Source of the DNA: Flavobacteriales bacterium
GTDB taxonomy: Bacteria > Bacteroidota > Bacteroidia > Flavobacteriales_D > UBA2798
Reading direction: 5' to 3'
NCBI GenBank assembly: GCA_037443205.1
Contig: JBBIOU010000012.1
Coordinates: forward strand, 1,570 to 65,569
DNA: 64,000 bases
The translations under genes were made by a program, and so were the position numbers. The number at the start of each line of letters is the position of its first letter. The first letter of the stretch is position 1. The notes under the pieces were generated by a model. That model saw only the letters and a program-made list of their open reading frames with translations. It made no database searches and was not told the origin of the DNA. Shown here in pieces: positions 31,848 through 41,425 of this stretch.

Positions 31848-32954
31848 CTAATTGAGTTTTTTAAAAAAAACAGGTTTATAATCAGTAAAAACCTCAGGAT
31901 AAAAGAAATAAACCAAATCTTTTAATACCACATCGGGTTGTGCGGATGATTTTTCAAAATATTGATTTTGTGAAGTATTGCAATGTATAACTCTGCCGGT
32001 TTTTACGGCTTTAAAATATTTATAACGATGGTCTTCGTTGAGCAAATCGTTTAAACTATAGTCCGGTTTTTCATGCGAAATAATCAACCATATATCTGCA
32101 TTTATGGCTCTGTTAAATACATACTCAAAATCCATCGGATATACATTATTTATATTACTATCTGCAAAAATATACTCCCCACCGGCATCTTTTATAAAAT
32201 TTGCCGCATAACTATTGGCACCTTGAACATACCATACTCCTTTGTGTGGTTTATTGGTAAATACACTAGGCTTGTTGATTTGTTTTTGTGCTGTTTGTTT
32301 AATTAAATGATAGTTTGCTTCGATTAATTGAAACAGGCTATCCGCCATAGCTTCACGACCTAAGAGTAAAGCTATAAACTTAATCCATTCTGTTCTTGCT
32401 AACGGTGTATTTTCTAAATAATCGGCATTATAAATGTGTACAATACCGTATTTACTTACATCAGGGTATTTATCTCCCTGAAACGGATAAGTCATCATAA
32501 CCTGAGGGGATAGGGAAATAAGTTTTTCCGCATCTATTTCTTTGCCATTGCTTATTTCAATTAGTTTTTTATTTTCAATTTTATTTCTATACAAGCTATC
32601 GGTTATATAATTTAAACCACTGAAACCTTTTATGCAAGTATCTGCTTCAAGCATACTAAAATACGGTAGCCAGGTAGTAGAATTAATGGCAAAAGAATAG
32701 ACAGGCAATTTGATACAAGTGTTGCAACCAGAAAAATTATAGGTGCTTATTGGATTTATGGTATCTGGTAAAAAAAATATTGTTGCCTGTGCTATACTAT
32801 CAGACAAATACTGTATTTGAAAACCTTTGGCGTAATTTATTTTAGTTTTATAAGTAAATCTGAATTTAACATGCTGTTCTGTGTGTAAAGTTGGGTTATT
32901 ATTATTACAAGCAAAAAAAATACTTAAGCAAAAAAAAATAAAATAAAAACGCAT
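31848..32954 (-). CDS. Cobalamin/Fe-siderophore ABC transporter substrate-binding lipoprotein (BtuF-like)
   Basis: Lipobox-like FFAC, YAKGF, YLENTPLARTEWIKF, DAGG.Y and PDVVLKDL motifs. Confidence 0.8.
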   Translation of the reverse strand: MRFYFIFFCLSIFFACNNNNPTLHTEQHVKFRFTYKTKINYAKGFQIQYLSDSIAQATIFFLPDTINPISTYNFSGCNTCIKLPVYSFAINSTTWLPYFSMLEADTCIKGFSGLNYITDSLYRNKIENKKLIEISNGKEIDAEKLISLSPQVMMTYPFQGDKYPDVSKYGIVHIYNADYLENTPLARTEWIKFIALLLGREAMADSLFQLIEANYHLIKQTAQKQINKPSVFTNKPHKGVWYVQGANSYAANFIKDAGGEYIFADSNINNVYPMDFEYVFNRAINADIWLIISHEKPDYSLNDLLNEDHRYKYFKAVKTGRVIHCNTSQNQYFEKSSAQPDVVLKDLVYFFYPEVFTDYKPVFFKKLN

Positions 32955-34486
32955 TATTTAATTTTATTAAAATCCAATTCCGTAAAATCAAAATCAGGAT
33001 TAGGAATATTAATTTGTAGAGACATCACACGTTGTTTATTTTCATCTAAGAAAAACGTAACGGTTCCGTAGGGTAATGAGGGGTGCTCTTTGAGTTTTAT
33101 TCTAAACACATCACCTTCCCAGTGCTCAAGAGCGCCATACATAGTAGGTGTATGTGCCAGTTTTAGATGTAACTGATTGTTTTTATATTCAATAATGCAA
33201 GCACCATAAACATTGCCTGAATATAAACCGGCATAATCTTGTATGGAAAGTGTAGGCATTTTATCTTTGTTGCGCATACGCATTGCTTCAGCTTCTTTTT
33301 CTTTCATGTATTCTTCGTAGTTTTTATAATAATTCAGGTAGGTTTTACTCCAGTCATTTTGTTGCGGGTTGCCAATAAAATATTCTATAAGCTGATACAT
33401 GCAGGCATAAGGCAAAGTTGTAGCAGAATTGGTAAGTATTACTCCGCCAGTTTTTATTTCAGGTATCAAAAATAGTTGACAAACCATACCATCTAATCCT
33501 CCGCTATGGGCAACAATTTTGTAACCATAAAAATCAAAGCTTTCCCAGCCCAGACAGTAGCTGTTAAAATGTTTTGAAGGCATCAGGGCTTCCGAGAACA
33601 ACGATACATTATCAATGGTTTGCGGCAGATGCATTTCGCGCATTTGCTTTTCACTGATAATTTGTTCATCTTTCCATTTTCCTTTGTTGAGTTGAAAAAT
33701 TATCCATTTAGCCATGTCGTTTACGGTTGAATTTATGGCACCGGCAGGCGCTATATTGTCCCAATTTACATAGCTGATAGGCACCATCAAACCATCTACT
33801 TTGGCGTGAGGTTGTGCTACATTTTTTTCATTTTTTTGCAAGGTAATGCTTGTGTTACTGTCTTTCATTCCTAATTTATCAAATATTTTTTCTTTTATAA
33901 ATTCTTCCCACGTTTTACCGCTTACTGCTTTTATTATTTCACCTGCAACTAAATACATAATATTACTGTATCCGTATTTTTCTCTGAAACCATGGACAGG
34001 TTTAAGATAACGAGCATGTTCAATTATCTCCTGACTATTATACTTGGAAGCATACCAGATTAAATCTCCGCTAAATGTTGCCAATCCGGTTCGGTGCGAA
34101 AGTATATCGCGTATGGTTGTATTTTGAGTTACGTAATCATCATATAATCTGAAATACGGTACATAATCAATCACTTTATCATCCCATTTTAATTTTTTTT
34201 CGTCAACCAATATAGCTATAGCTGCACTGGTAAACGCTTTAGTTAACGAGGCAATACCGAATTTTGTATCTGCATTAACTTTTACTTTACTGCCTGCAGA
34301 TATAGTACCATATCCTTTAGATAATATCACCGAATCATTCATTACAATACATACTGCCATACCGGGACTTTCCCATTCTTTACGTGCTTCTTCCAGGTAA
34401 TTATCTATTTTAGAAATGTCTATCTGTTGAGGATAAACAAAAATGCTGATAAGGCAATAAGTAATTAAAAATAATTTTTTATACAT
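32954..34486 (-). CDS. Serine hydrolase, beta-lactamase/class C-like peptidase family with DUF3471-like C-terminus
   Basis: Signal peptide, SLTK (SxxK), LSHRTGL, YSN, PAG and HSGG motifs; C-terminal YAG.Y....YG. Confidence 0.85.
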   Translation of the reverse strand: MYKKLFLITYCLISIFVYPQQIDISKIDNYLEEARKEWESPGMAVCIVMNDSVILSKGYGTISAGSKVKVNADTKFGIASLTKAFTSAAIAILVDEKKLKWDDKVIDYVPYFRLYDDYVTQNTTIRDILSHRTGLATFSGDLIWYASKYNSQEIIEHARYLKPVHGFREKYGYSNIMYLVAGEIIKAVSGKTWEEFIKEKIFDKLGMKDSNTSITLQKNEKNVAQPHAKVDGLMVPISYVNWDNIAPAGAINSTVNDMAKWIIFQLNKGKWKDEQIISEKQMREMHLPQTIDNVSLFSEALMPSKHFNSYCLGWESFDFYGYKIVAHSGGLDGMVCQLFLIPEIKTGGVILTNSATTLPYACMYQLIEYFIGNPQQNDWSKTYLNYYKNYEEYMKEKEAEAMRMRNKDKMPTLSIQDYAGLYSGNVYGACIIEYKNNQLHLKLAHTPTMYGALEHWEGDVFRIKLKEHPSLPYGTVTFFLDENKQRVMSLQINIPNPDFDFTELDFNKIK

Positions 34487-34490
34487 GTTT

Positions 34491-35555
34491 TCAGGGTTTT
34501 AAATCATTAGCATTTGAAAGAAATACACAAAGTTTCCAAAGCATACGTGCGCCCACATTAGCATCCCATTCATCTTCGGCAGGCGATACTTCGTTTAAAT
34601 CAAAACTTATTATCTTTTTGCCCGATTCAATAAGTTTACGAAACAGATAAATACACTGTTCAAATTCCAAGCCTCCGGGTACAGGTGTTCCGGTGTTAGG
34701 ACAGAAACGAGGATCTAAACCATCTATATCAAAACTTATATGAACTTTTTGAGGTAATTTAGCAATAATTTCATCGCATAATTGCTGCCAACTATAGCCT
34801 TCATACATTTTGCTTTTTAGATACGAATCATAAATAATTTCAATTCGTTTTGCATTATTTTGTGCGTATAATATTTCCTCTTTACATATATCGCGAATAC
34901 CTACCTGCACCAGTTTATGTATTTCGGGCAACTCGTTTAATGCATTATACATAATTGATGCATGCGAATAGGTAAAACCTTCGTAAGCTTTTCTTAGGTC
35001 GGCATGCGCATCAATTTGCAAAATACCAAAATTGCCGTGTTGTTCAGCTAATGCCCGGTATAAACCTAATGGCGTGCTATGATCACCGCCCAACAATGCA
35101 ACTACTTTATCTTGTTGCATTAAATCTTTGCATTTTTCATATACACGTTGATGCAGCATTTCGCAAGCCTGGTTTACCTCAGCCAATACCAATTGTTGTG
35201 CCTGATTTTGCTGCAGCAATCCTCCATGTTCTAAAAAGCGTATGTAGGCTGATGCCTGCTCTCTTAAACTATCATTTATTTCTTTCCATTCCGTACTGAT
35301 GGGCGATAAAAAAAAGCCTATTTTCCAGGCTTCCGGATTATCTATGTCGTAAAAATCGAGCTGGGGGGATGCATTTAAAATTGCTTCCGGACCATTGCTT
35401 GTTCCTTCGCCATAAGAAACTGTAACATCCCATGGCACAGGCAATATAACTATTTTACTTTCTTCTTGTGTAAAAGGTAATCCAAACAGGTTCCCGTTAT
35501 GCTGACCTACTCCATCCGGGTTAAATGTGGCTATTTTATTTTCTTTTGTACTCAC
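34491..35555 (-). CDS. speB: Agmatinase family ureohydrolase
   Basis: GGDHS, DAHAD and SFDIDGLDP..GTPVPGG motifs. Confidence 0.8.
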   Translation of the reverse strand: MSTKENKIATFNPDGVGQHNGNLFGLPFTQEESKIVILPVPWDVTVSYGEGTSNGPEAILNASPQLDFYDIDNPEAWKIGFFLSPISTEWKEINDSLREQASAYIRFLEHGGLLQQNQAQQLVLAEVNQACEMLHQRVYEKCKDLMQQDKVVALLGGDHSTPLGLYRALAEQHGNFGILQIDAHADLRKAYEGFTYSHASIMYNALNELPEIHKLVQVGIRDICKEEILYAQNNAKRIEIIYDSYLKSKMYEGYSWQQLCDEIIAKLPQKVHISFDIDGLDPRFCPNTGTPVPGGLEFEQCIYLFRKLIESGKKIISFDLNEVSPAEDEWDANVGARMLWKLCVFLSNANDLKP

Positions 35556-35560
35556 TTTGA

Positions 35561-36088
35561 TTATTTATTTTTTTGATAATTTTTATACGATTCGGCATCG
35601 TTAAATACCGGGTAGCCTAATTCTAAAAAAATTTGTTTTATTCTTTCTAACTGTGCTATGGCTGATTTTTCGGTATATTGATTTAATTTCAATGGCTTAT
35701 CTTTGCGCACCGGATAATAAAAACGTACAGCCTGACACATAAAACAAACAGATAAAGATGCTATCGGTTTATTTTTATCATCGTAATAAACAATTGCATG
35801 ATGTGGTATATAACAGTTACTTAAACCATTAGATAGTATGTATAGATTTTCTGTGAATAGTTTTTTCAAAACATCTAAATGCTCTTTGTGTAAAAATTTA
35901 CCGGTATCTGTTACGGTAGTATCCAAGGCACCATCTTTTATAATTTTATGATTACCTGCCAAAGAACCGTCTAAGTTATAAAGATATGCTTTGGCATACC
36001 TGTATTTAACGGCCGGCCACTTAACCTGTGCATAGAGTGTTAAGCTAAATATGCTCGATAAAATTGCAAACAATAATAATCGCCTCAT
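35561..36088 (-). CDS. Hypothetical exported protein with C-x3-HH and CxxC motifs
   Basis: Signal peptide; NCYIPHH and VCFMC segments. Confidence 0.7.
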   Translation of the reverse strand: MRRLLLFAILSSIFSLTLYAQVKWPAVKYRYAKAYLYNLDGSLAGNHKIIKDGALDTTVTDTGKFLHKEHLDVLKKLFTENLYILSNGLSNCYIPHHAIVYYDDKNKPIASLSVCFMCQAVRFYYPVRKDKPLKLNQYTEKSAIAQLERIKQIFLELGYPVFNDAESYKNYQKNK

Positions 36089-36238
36089 AACAGTATGCGA
36101 AGATATGTTAAATTGAGGTATGTATGGATGATTAAATCACAAATAATTTAAGGTAAAAAGGTAATATTGCCCTATGTTGCTTATGGCATTACAGTCTTAG
36201 AAATCACCGCAAGTGTTGCAAAAAATGAGGGTAATTAA

Positions 36239-38749
36239 TTACTTAATTCTTTTTTGCGCATAATTAGGTTTGGTATTTGTTGTTTTTTGTAAAATTGGCG
36301 CATTAATATCCAAAGCATTTTTAACTTTTTCTCCGGTTAGGGCATATTTCACCACCTGCATCATATCGGTAACATAATAAAACTTTAATCCTTTCAGATA
36401 ATCGGGTTTAATATCTTCAATATCTTTTCGGTTGGCTTCGGCCAGCAAAATTTCTTTGATGCCGGCACGTTTGGCAGCAAGTATTTTTTCTTTTATTCCA
36501 CCTACGGGTAATACTTTACCGCGTAAGGTAATTTCGCCTGTCATGGCTAAATGCTTTTTTACCTTTTGTTGTGTAAATACCGAAGCAAGGGCGGTAAGCA
36601 TGGTAATACCTGCGCTGGGCCCGTCTTTAGGAGTAGCGCCTTCAGGTACATGCACATGCACATTCCATTTATCAAATACCTGTGGATTTATAGATAAGTC
36701 TTTGGCTTTAGATTTAATAAATTCGTAGGCTATGGTGGCCGATTCTTTCATAACCTCCCCTAAATTTCCTGTAAGGGTTAATTTTCCGTTTCCGTGTGAT
36801 AAAATAGATTCGATAAATAAGATGTCGCCACCGGTTGCTGTCCAAGCCAACCCTGTAACAACACCGGCTACATCATTGTTTTCGTATTTATCGCGCTGAT
36901 GCGAAGGCCCCAGTAAGGTTTTGAGTTCTTTCGCACTTATTGTGGGTGTAAACTTTTCGTTCATAGCTACCTGTTTTGCACGCTGACGCACAACTTTAGC
37001 AAGTTTTTTCTCCAGGCCTCTTACTCCGCTTTCATTGGTGTATTCTTCAATAATTGTTTCTATTAATTTATCAGCCAGATGCAAATCTTTATGTGTAATA
37101 CCATGTTCTTTAATAAGTTTGGGTATAAGGTGTCGTTTGGCTATTTCAATTTTTTCTTCAACAGTATAGCCATTAACTTCTATAATTTCCATCCTGTCGC
37201 GCAAGGCAGGTTGTATAGTAGCCAGATTGTTGGCAGTAGCAATAAAAAGTACCTTAGATAAATCGTAATCTAAATCAACATAGTTGTCATGAAACGTGTT
37301 GTTTTGTTCGGGGTCTAACACTTCGAGCAGGGCTGACGAGGGGTCACCATGAAAATCATGTCCAATCTTATCTATTTCATCCAAAATAAATACCGGATTT
37401 GAAGTTCCGGCTTTTTTTATGTTTTGTAATATTCTTCCGGGCATAGCGCCAATATAGGTTTTTCTATGACCTCTTATTTCGGCTTCATCACGCAAACCAC
37501 CTAATGACATGCGAATGTATTTTCTGCCCAAAGCTTCGGCAATCGATCGCCCTAATGAAGTTTTTCCTACACCCGGAGGACCATACAAGCAAAGTATGGG
37601 CGATTTCATATCGCCTTTTAGCTTTAATACGGCTAAATATTCTATAATACGTTCTTTTACTTTTTCTAAACCAAAATGGTCGCGGTCTAAAATTTTTTGT
37701 GCTTTTTTTAAATTAAATTTATCTTTTGAATAATATTCCCATGGTAATTCAACCAGTAGCTCTAAATAATTGAGTTGAACTGAATATTCGGGGCTTGCCG
37801 GATTTAGCCTCGACATTTTATCGAGCTCTTTATAAAACGCTTCTTGCGTTTGTTTGGGCCATTTTTTCTTTTCGGCTTTAGCGCGTAATTCGTTTATTTC
37901 TTGTGTTACAGGATTTTCTCCTAATTCATCCTGTATAGTTTTCATTTGCTGATGTAAAAAATATTCGCGCTGTTGTTTATCAAGGTCGTGCCGTACTTTA
38001 TTTTGAATATCATTTTTTATTTCGAGTAATTGAATTTCTCTTGAAAGTAATCTGAGTAAAAGTTCGGCTCTTGATTTTAAGTCGGATTTTTCGAGCAGCT
38101 CTTGTTTTTCTTCTACGGCAGCATTCATGTTTGATGAGACGAAGTTTACCAGAAAGGTTGGACTTTCTATGTTTCGGATGGCAAAACCTGCCTCGCTGGG
38201 TATGTTGGGGGATAATCGTATGATATTAAGCGCCATATCTTTAATAGAAGCAATTAAGGCTTGCGTATTATTGTCGTTTGGCGCAGTTTCTATGTCCATA
38301 AATGCTTTTACCCTGGCTTGCATGTATGGTTCTTCCGAAATGAGTTCTGTCATCTCGAAACGTTTTTTACCTTGAATAATGATAGTGGTACTGCCATCAG
38401 GCATTTTAAGCATGCGTACCAGATGTGCAATGGTTCCTATTTTAAATAAATCATTAAAAACAGGGCTTTCTATATCTTGTTTTTTTTGTGCTACTACGCC
38501 TATTGTTTTATTGCCTTTATAAGCTTCCTGAATTAAGCGAATAGATTTATCGCGGCCTACCGTAATAGGTATTACTACGCCCGGAAATAATACATTATTG
38601 CGTATAGGCAATATGGGCAATACCTCCGGAGTGGCTTCTTTGTTCATCTGCTCTTCATCTTCGGTTGTAATCAGGGGAATAAATTCGGTTTCGCTTTCCG
38701 CTATATTCGAAAGTTCAAAAAAGTCATTACTCAAATATTCATTCATCAT
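36239..38749 (-). CDS. lon: ATP-dependent Lon protease
   Basis: LON N-domain, Walker A GPPGVGKTS, catalytic PKDGPSAG and AMTGEI...GGIKEK. Confidence 0.97.
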   Translation of the reverse strand: MMNEYLSNDFFELSNIAESETEFIPLITTEDEEQMNKEATPEVLPILPIRNNVLFPGVVIPITVGRDKSIRLIQEAYKGNKTIGVVAQKKQDIESPVFNDLFKIGTIAHLVRMLKMPDGSTTIIIQGKKRFEMTELISEEPYMQARVKAFMDIETAPNDNNTQALIASIKDMALNIIRLSPNIPSEAGFAIRNIESPTFLVNFVSSNMNAAVEEKQELLEKSDLKSRAELLLRLLSREIQLLEIKNDIQNKVRHDLDKQQREYFLHQQMKTIQDELGENPVTQEINELRAKAEKKKWPKQTQEAFYKELDKMSRLNPASPEYSVQLNYLELLVELPWEYYSKDKFNLKKAQKILDRDHFGLEKVKERIIEYLAVLKLKGDMKSPILCLYGPPGVGKTSLGRSIAEALGRKYIRMSLGGLRDEAEIRGHRKTYIGAMPGRILQNIKKAGTSNPVFILDEIDKIGHDFHGDPSSALLEVLDPEQNNTFHDNYVDLDYDLSKVLFIATANNLATIQPALRDRMEIIEVNGYTVEEKIEIAKRHLIPKLIKEHGITHKDLHLADKLIETIIEEYTNESGVRGLEKKLAKVVRQRAKQVAMNEKFTPTISAKELKTLLGPSHQRDKYENNDVAGVVTGLAWTATGGDILFIESILSHGNGKLTLTGNLGEVMKESATIAYEFIKSKAKDLSINPQVFDKWNVHVHVPEGATPKDGPSAGITMLTALASVFTQQKVKKHLAMTGEITLRGKVLPVGGIKEKILAAKRAGIKEILLAEANRKDIEDIKPDYLKGLKFYYVTDMMQVVKYALTGEKVKNALDINAPILQKTTNTKPNYAQKRIK

Positions 38750-38782
38750 GTTGGTTATTTTCTATTCAAACATTAATAATTT

Positions 38783-38863
38783 TCAATACTTATGCCATCT
38801 AAAGTAAACAAGTAAATTACTGCATTATTGTCTTGTTTTAAAGATATATCCGCAAAATTGTCT
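38783..38863 (-). promoter_or_regulatory. Putative sigma54-type promoter plus upstream direct repeat for lon
   Basis: Minus-strand TGGCATAAGTATTGA (38797-38783, GG-N10-GA). Two AGACAATnnTGC copies at 38822-38833 and 38852-38863. Confidence 0.45.
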
Positions 38864-38867
38864 GTTT

Positions 38868-40400
38868 TTAGTAATCATTTGGGTCTTTAGCCCGATAAAT
38901 AAATACCTGTTCGTTTCGGTTATATGGATTTAACCAATGCAATAACCTATCTAACCAGCCCGGTTCTATGACAGTTATTAACCGTAGTTTTTTACCGCTT
39001 AATTGTTCAAATTCTGCTACTCTTTGGGGTAAATTGGTTTTTTCCAAAAATAAGATGTATTCAGGGAAATCATCCGGATGTTTTTCTTTTATATAGGCTA
39101 TGGCATAAGGCATAGTTTCACCCAAGTTGGTTGATTTATAAGAATAAAAATATTTGTTCCAATTACCTGTGTAGTATTGGGGGGGCCAAAACATAATTTC
39201 ACTTTGAGAATAATCAAAATAAAAATTTTTAAAATCGGGCTGTTGATGCAGATAGTACATACTTTCCACATACGAACGTTTTGAGTATGATACAGAAAAG
39301 GGTATAATGAGTATTGTATTAACAACCCAAAAAAAGCGAACACTAAAATTTCTGAATTTTATGAGCCAATCCGGGCTGCTTAATTCGTAGATGCCTGTAT
39401 AGCCCAAAATTAATAAATAGGGTATAAAGGGTAAAATAAATCTTTCTTGCTTATTAGGAAAATAGGAGTGTAAAAGAAAAAACAAAAAGGAGGGTAAAAA
39501 AACGAGTAAATATTTTTTATACGAACAGGCATAGCCTATTATCAAAAACAAGCTGAACGGAGGGATAAGCATGCCACCAACCGTTAGCAGATACATATAC
39601 CAAGGCCGATTAAAATAAGTAGTTGCATGTTGAAAGTTATACCGGTAATATTCTATCATTTCGGCAAAGGGATATCCCCACATAAAAATATCGGTGGTCT
39701 GGGTTAAAAAAAAGGAACTAAGTGCGCTAATTCCAAAAATAAATGCTGCTCTTATATCTTTTCTGATGAGCAAATAAAGACCTGTGCCACCAAAGAAAAA
39801 AATGGTTTGATACCTTATGCCCATAGCTAAACCCATTAATAAACCGGAATATAAAAGGTGTTTTATTTGTTTGTTTTCATTGTAATAAAGCAGATAAAGC
39901 GTGGATGCCAGCAGCGGCACAATACACACATATTCTATTAAGTTACGCACCGAAGAATTTGGAAAAAACCACAGCAATGCCATTAGCCAGGCTACCTGTA
40001 AAGCAATGTGTTTATGTGTTAGTTTAGCGCAAATTTTATAAGCTAAATACACCACCCATAACGAATAAAGTGCATGTATAAACCGAATAATATACATCTT
40101 TAATTGGGGGTCGTTAATTCCTACCCATTTTAAAAATGAAAGTATAAGGTAATGCAGACCTGTATAAAACCAGTTATGTCCTTCAGGATTATCACGATGT
40201 GACGGCAGCCAGTTGTTATAATCATAACCATCAACAAAACTTTGTGCCGATTCAATAACCAAGAAATGGTCATCATGCATGCCAAAGCCTTTGGCAAAAA
40301 ATACTGCCAATAATCTTATAAGCAGTGCTACAAAAATTATGATATGGAGAGGCTTGGCACGGTAAATCTCCGCGATGCGGGTGTATAAACTATGTGCCAT
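38868..40400 (-). CDS. GT-C fold membrane glycosyltransferase (ALG9/PIG-B or GT39-like mannosyltransferase)
   Basis: Acidic first-loop motif MHDDHFLVIE, about 11 TM segments, IRYQ, PWYMY and PNKQERFILP (resembles the HKExRF motif of ALG9/PIG-B). Confidence 0.7.
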   Translation of the reverse strand: MAHSLYTRIAEIYRAKPLHIIIFVALLIRLLAVFFAKGFGMHDDHFLVIESAQSFVDGYDYNNWLPSHRDNPEGHNWFYTGLHYLILSFLKWVGINDPQLKMYIIRFIHALYSLWVVYLAYKICAKLTHKHIALQVAWLMALLWFFPNSSVRNLIEYVCIVPLLASTLYLLYYNENKQIKHLLYSGLLMGLAMGIRYQTIFFFGGTGLYLLIRKDIRAAFIFGISALSSFFLTQTTDIFMWGYPFAEMIEYYRYNFQHATTYFNRPWYMYLLTVGGMLIPPFSLFLIIGYACSYKKYLLVFLPSFLFFLLHSYFPNKQERFILPFIPYLLILGYTGIYELSSPDWLIKFRNFSVRFFWVVNTILIIPFSVSYSKRSYVESMYYLHQQPDFKNFYFDYSQSEIMFWPPQYYTGNWNKYFYSYKSTNLGETMPYAIAYIKEKHPDDFPEYILFLEKTNLPQRVAEFEQLSGKKLRLITVIEPGWLDRLLHWLNPYNRNEQVFIYRAKDPNDY

Positions 40401-40408
40401 TAGTTAGT

Positions 40409-40660
40409 TTATTGTTTAGTCAAAGAAAATTTATAATATTCCATAATGGGGTTACAAAGCAGTTTTTTACAGGCTTCATCTACTTTTTCACCGGCTGTTT
40501 TTTCATTATCTGCTTCTACATACAAACTAATGTGTTTACCAATTCTTACTTCGGTTATTTCGGGTAAATTGAGGTTCTTCATACTATGGCTTACTGCTTT
40601 ACCTTGGGGGTCTAACAGCGCTTCGTGAGGCATTATGTCTATTTCTGCTTTAAACTTCAT
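40409..40660 (-). CDS. purS: Phosphoribosylformylglycinamidine synthase subunit PurS
   Basis: LDPQGKAV, VRIGK and LLCNPIME motifs. Confidence 0.95.
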   Translation of the reverse strand: MKFKAEIDIMPHEALLDPQGKAVSHSMKNLNLPEITEVRIGKHISLYVEADNEKTAGEKVDEACKKLLCNPIMEYYKFSLTKQ

Positions 40661-41399
40661 GTTTATTTATTTTATTAATTAAATTACGAATTATTGATAA
40701 AGCTACGTACAAAGGTATAATAAATGTAAATGCTCTGAATTTAAAAAGTATTAACAATGCTAAAGAAGCAATCAACAAGATATATTGAAAGAGGTTATTC
40801 GACAGCGAATAATTATTAAATTTTAAAGAAAAAAGCGGCACATTACTTACAAGTATTGCAGATAAAATTACACATAAAACTATTAAAACCAAAGGATTTT
40901 TTAATATCTGCTCGTACAAAAATTGGTTGTCGTACCAAAAAGGTAATGAAATTATAAATAAAGCATTTGCCGGTGTAGGTAAACCTAAAAAACCCTTGGT
41001 TTGTTTATTATCAATGTTAAACTTAGCTAAGCGAAATGCTGATGCTAAAAGAATTAAAAAAGAAACAAATGCAATTATGTAATAGGTAGATAAGGTATAT
41101 TTTAAAAAATGATATGAACTAAGATGTATAGCTTGATTTAAAATTGTATATAAAACAACTGCAGGAGCAAAACCAAAAGTAACCACATCGGCAAGCGAAT
41201 CAAGTTGTTTTCCAAGTTCTGCATCGGATTTTAAAAGGCGTGCCAAAAAACCATCAAAAAAATCAAATACGGCACCCGCCACAACAAAAACGGCTGCATT
41301 GATGTAATCTAAGCGGTAGGCAAACATTACTGCTATACTTCCGCAAAAAAGATTTGCAAGAGTTAATAAATTTGGTAAAAATTTTATGATTGATTGCAT
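40650..41399 (-). CDS. pssA: CDP-alcohol phosphatidyltransferase (phosphatidylserine synthase-like)
   Basis: PNLLTLANL, DFFDG..AR...G.QLDSLAD, RLAKFN and FLGLPTP motifs. Confidence 0.85.
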   Translation of the reverse strand: MQSIIKFLPNLLTLANLFCGSIAVMFAYRLDYINAAVFVVAGAVFDFFDGFLARLLKSDAELGKQLDSLADVVTFGFAPAVVLYTILNQAIHLSSYHFLKYTLSTYYIIAFVSFLILLASAFRLAKFNIDNKQTKGFLGLPTPANALFIISLPFWYDNQFLYEQILKNPLVLIVLCVILSAILVSNVPLFSLKFNNYSLSNNLFQYILLIASLALLILFKFRAFTFIIPLYVALSIIRNLINKINKHEV

Positions 41400-41425
41400 C
41401 TTACAAACCTAAGAAAAATATTACT

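Noticed and set aside
32954-34486. Antibiotic-resistance interpretation of the serine hydrolase (and of the MBL-fold gene at 48472)
   Set aside because: Architectures fit a peptidase/esterase-like family member and a beta-CASP nuclease; resistance is not supported.
40409-40660. Isolated purS without purL/purQ
   Set aside because: Dispersed pur genes are ordinary in Bacteroidota.
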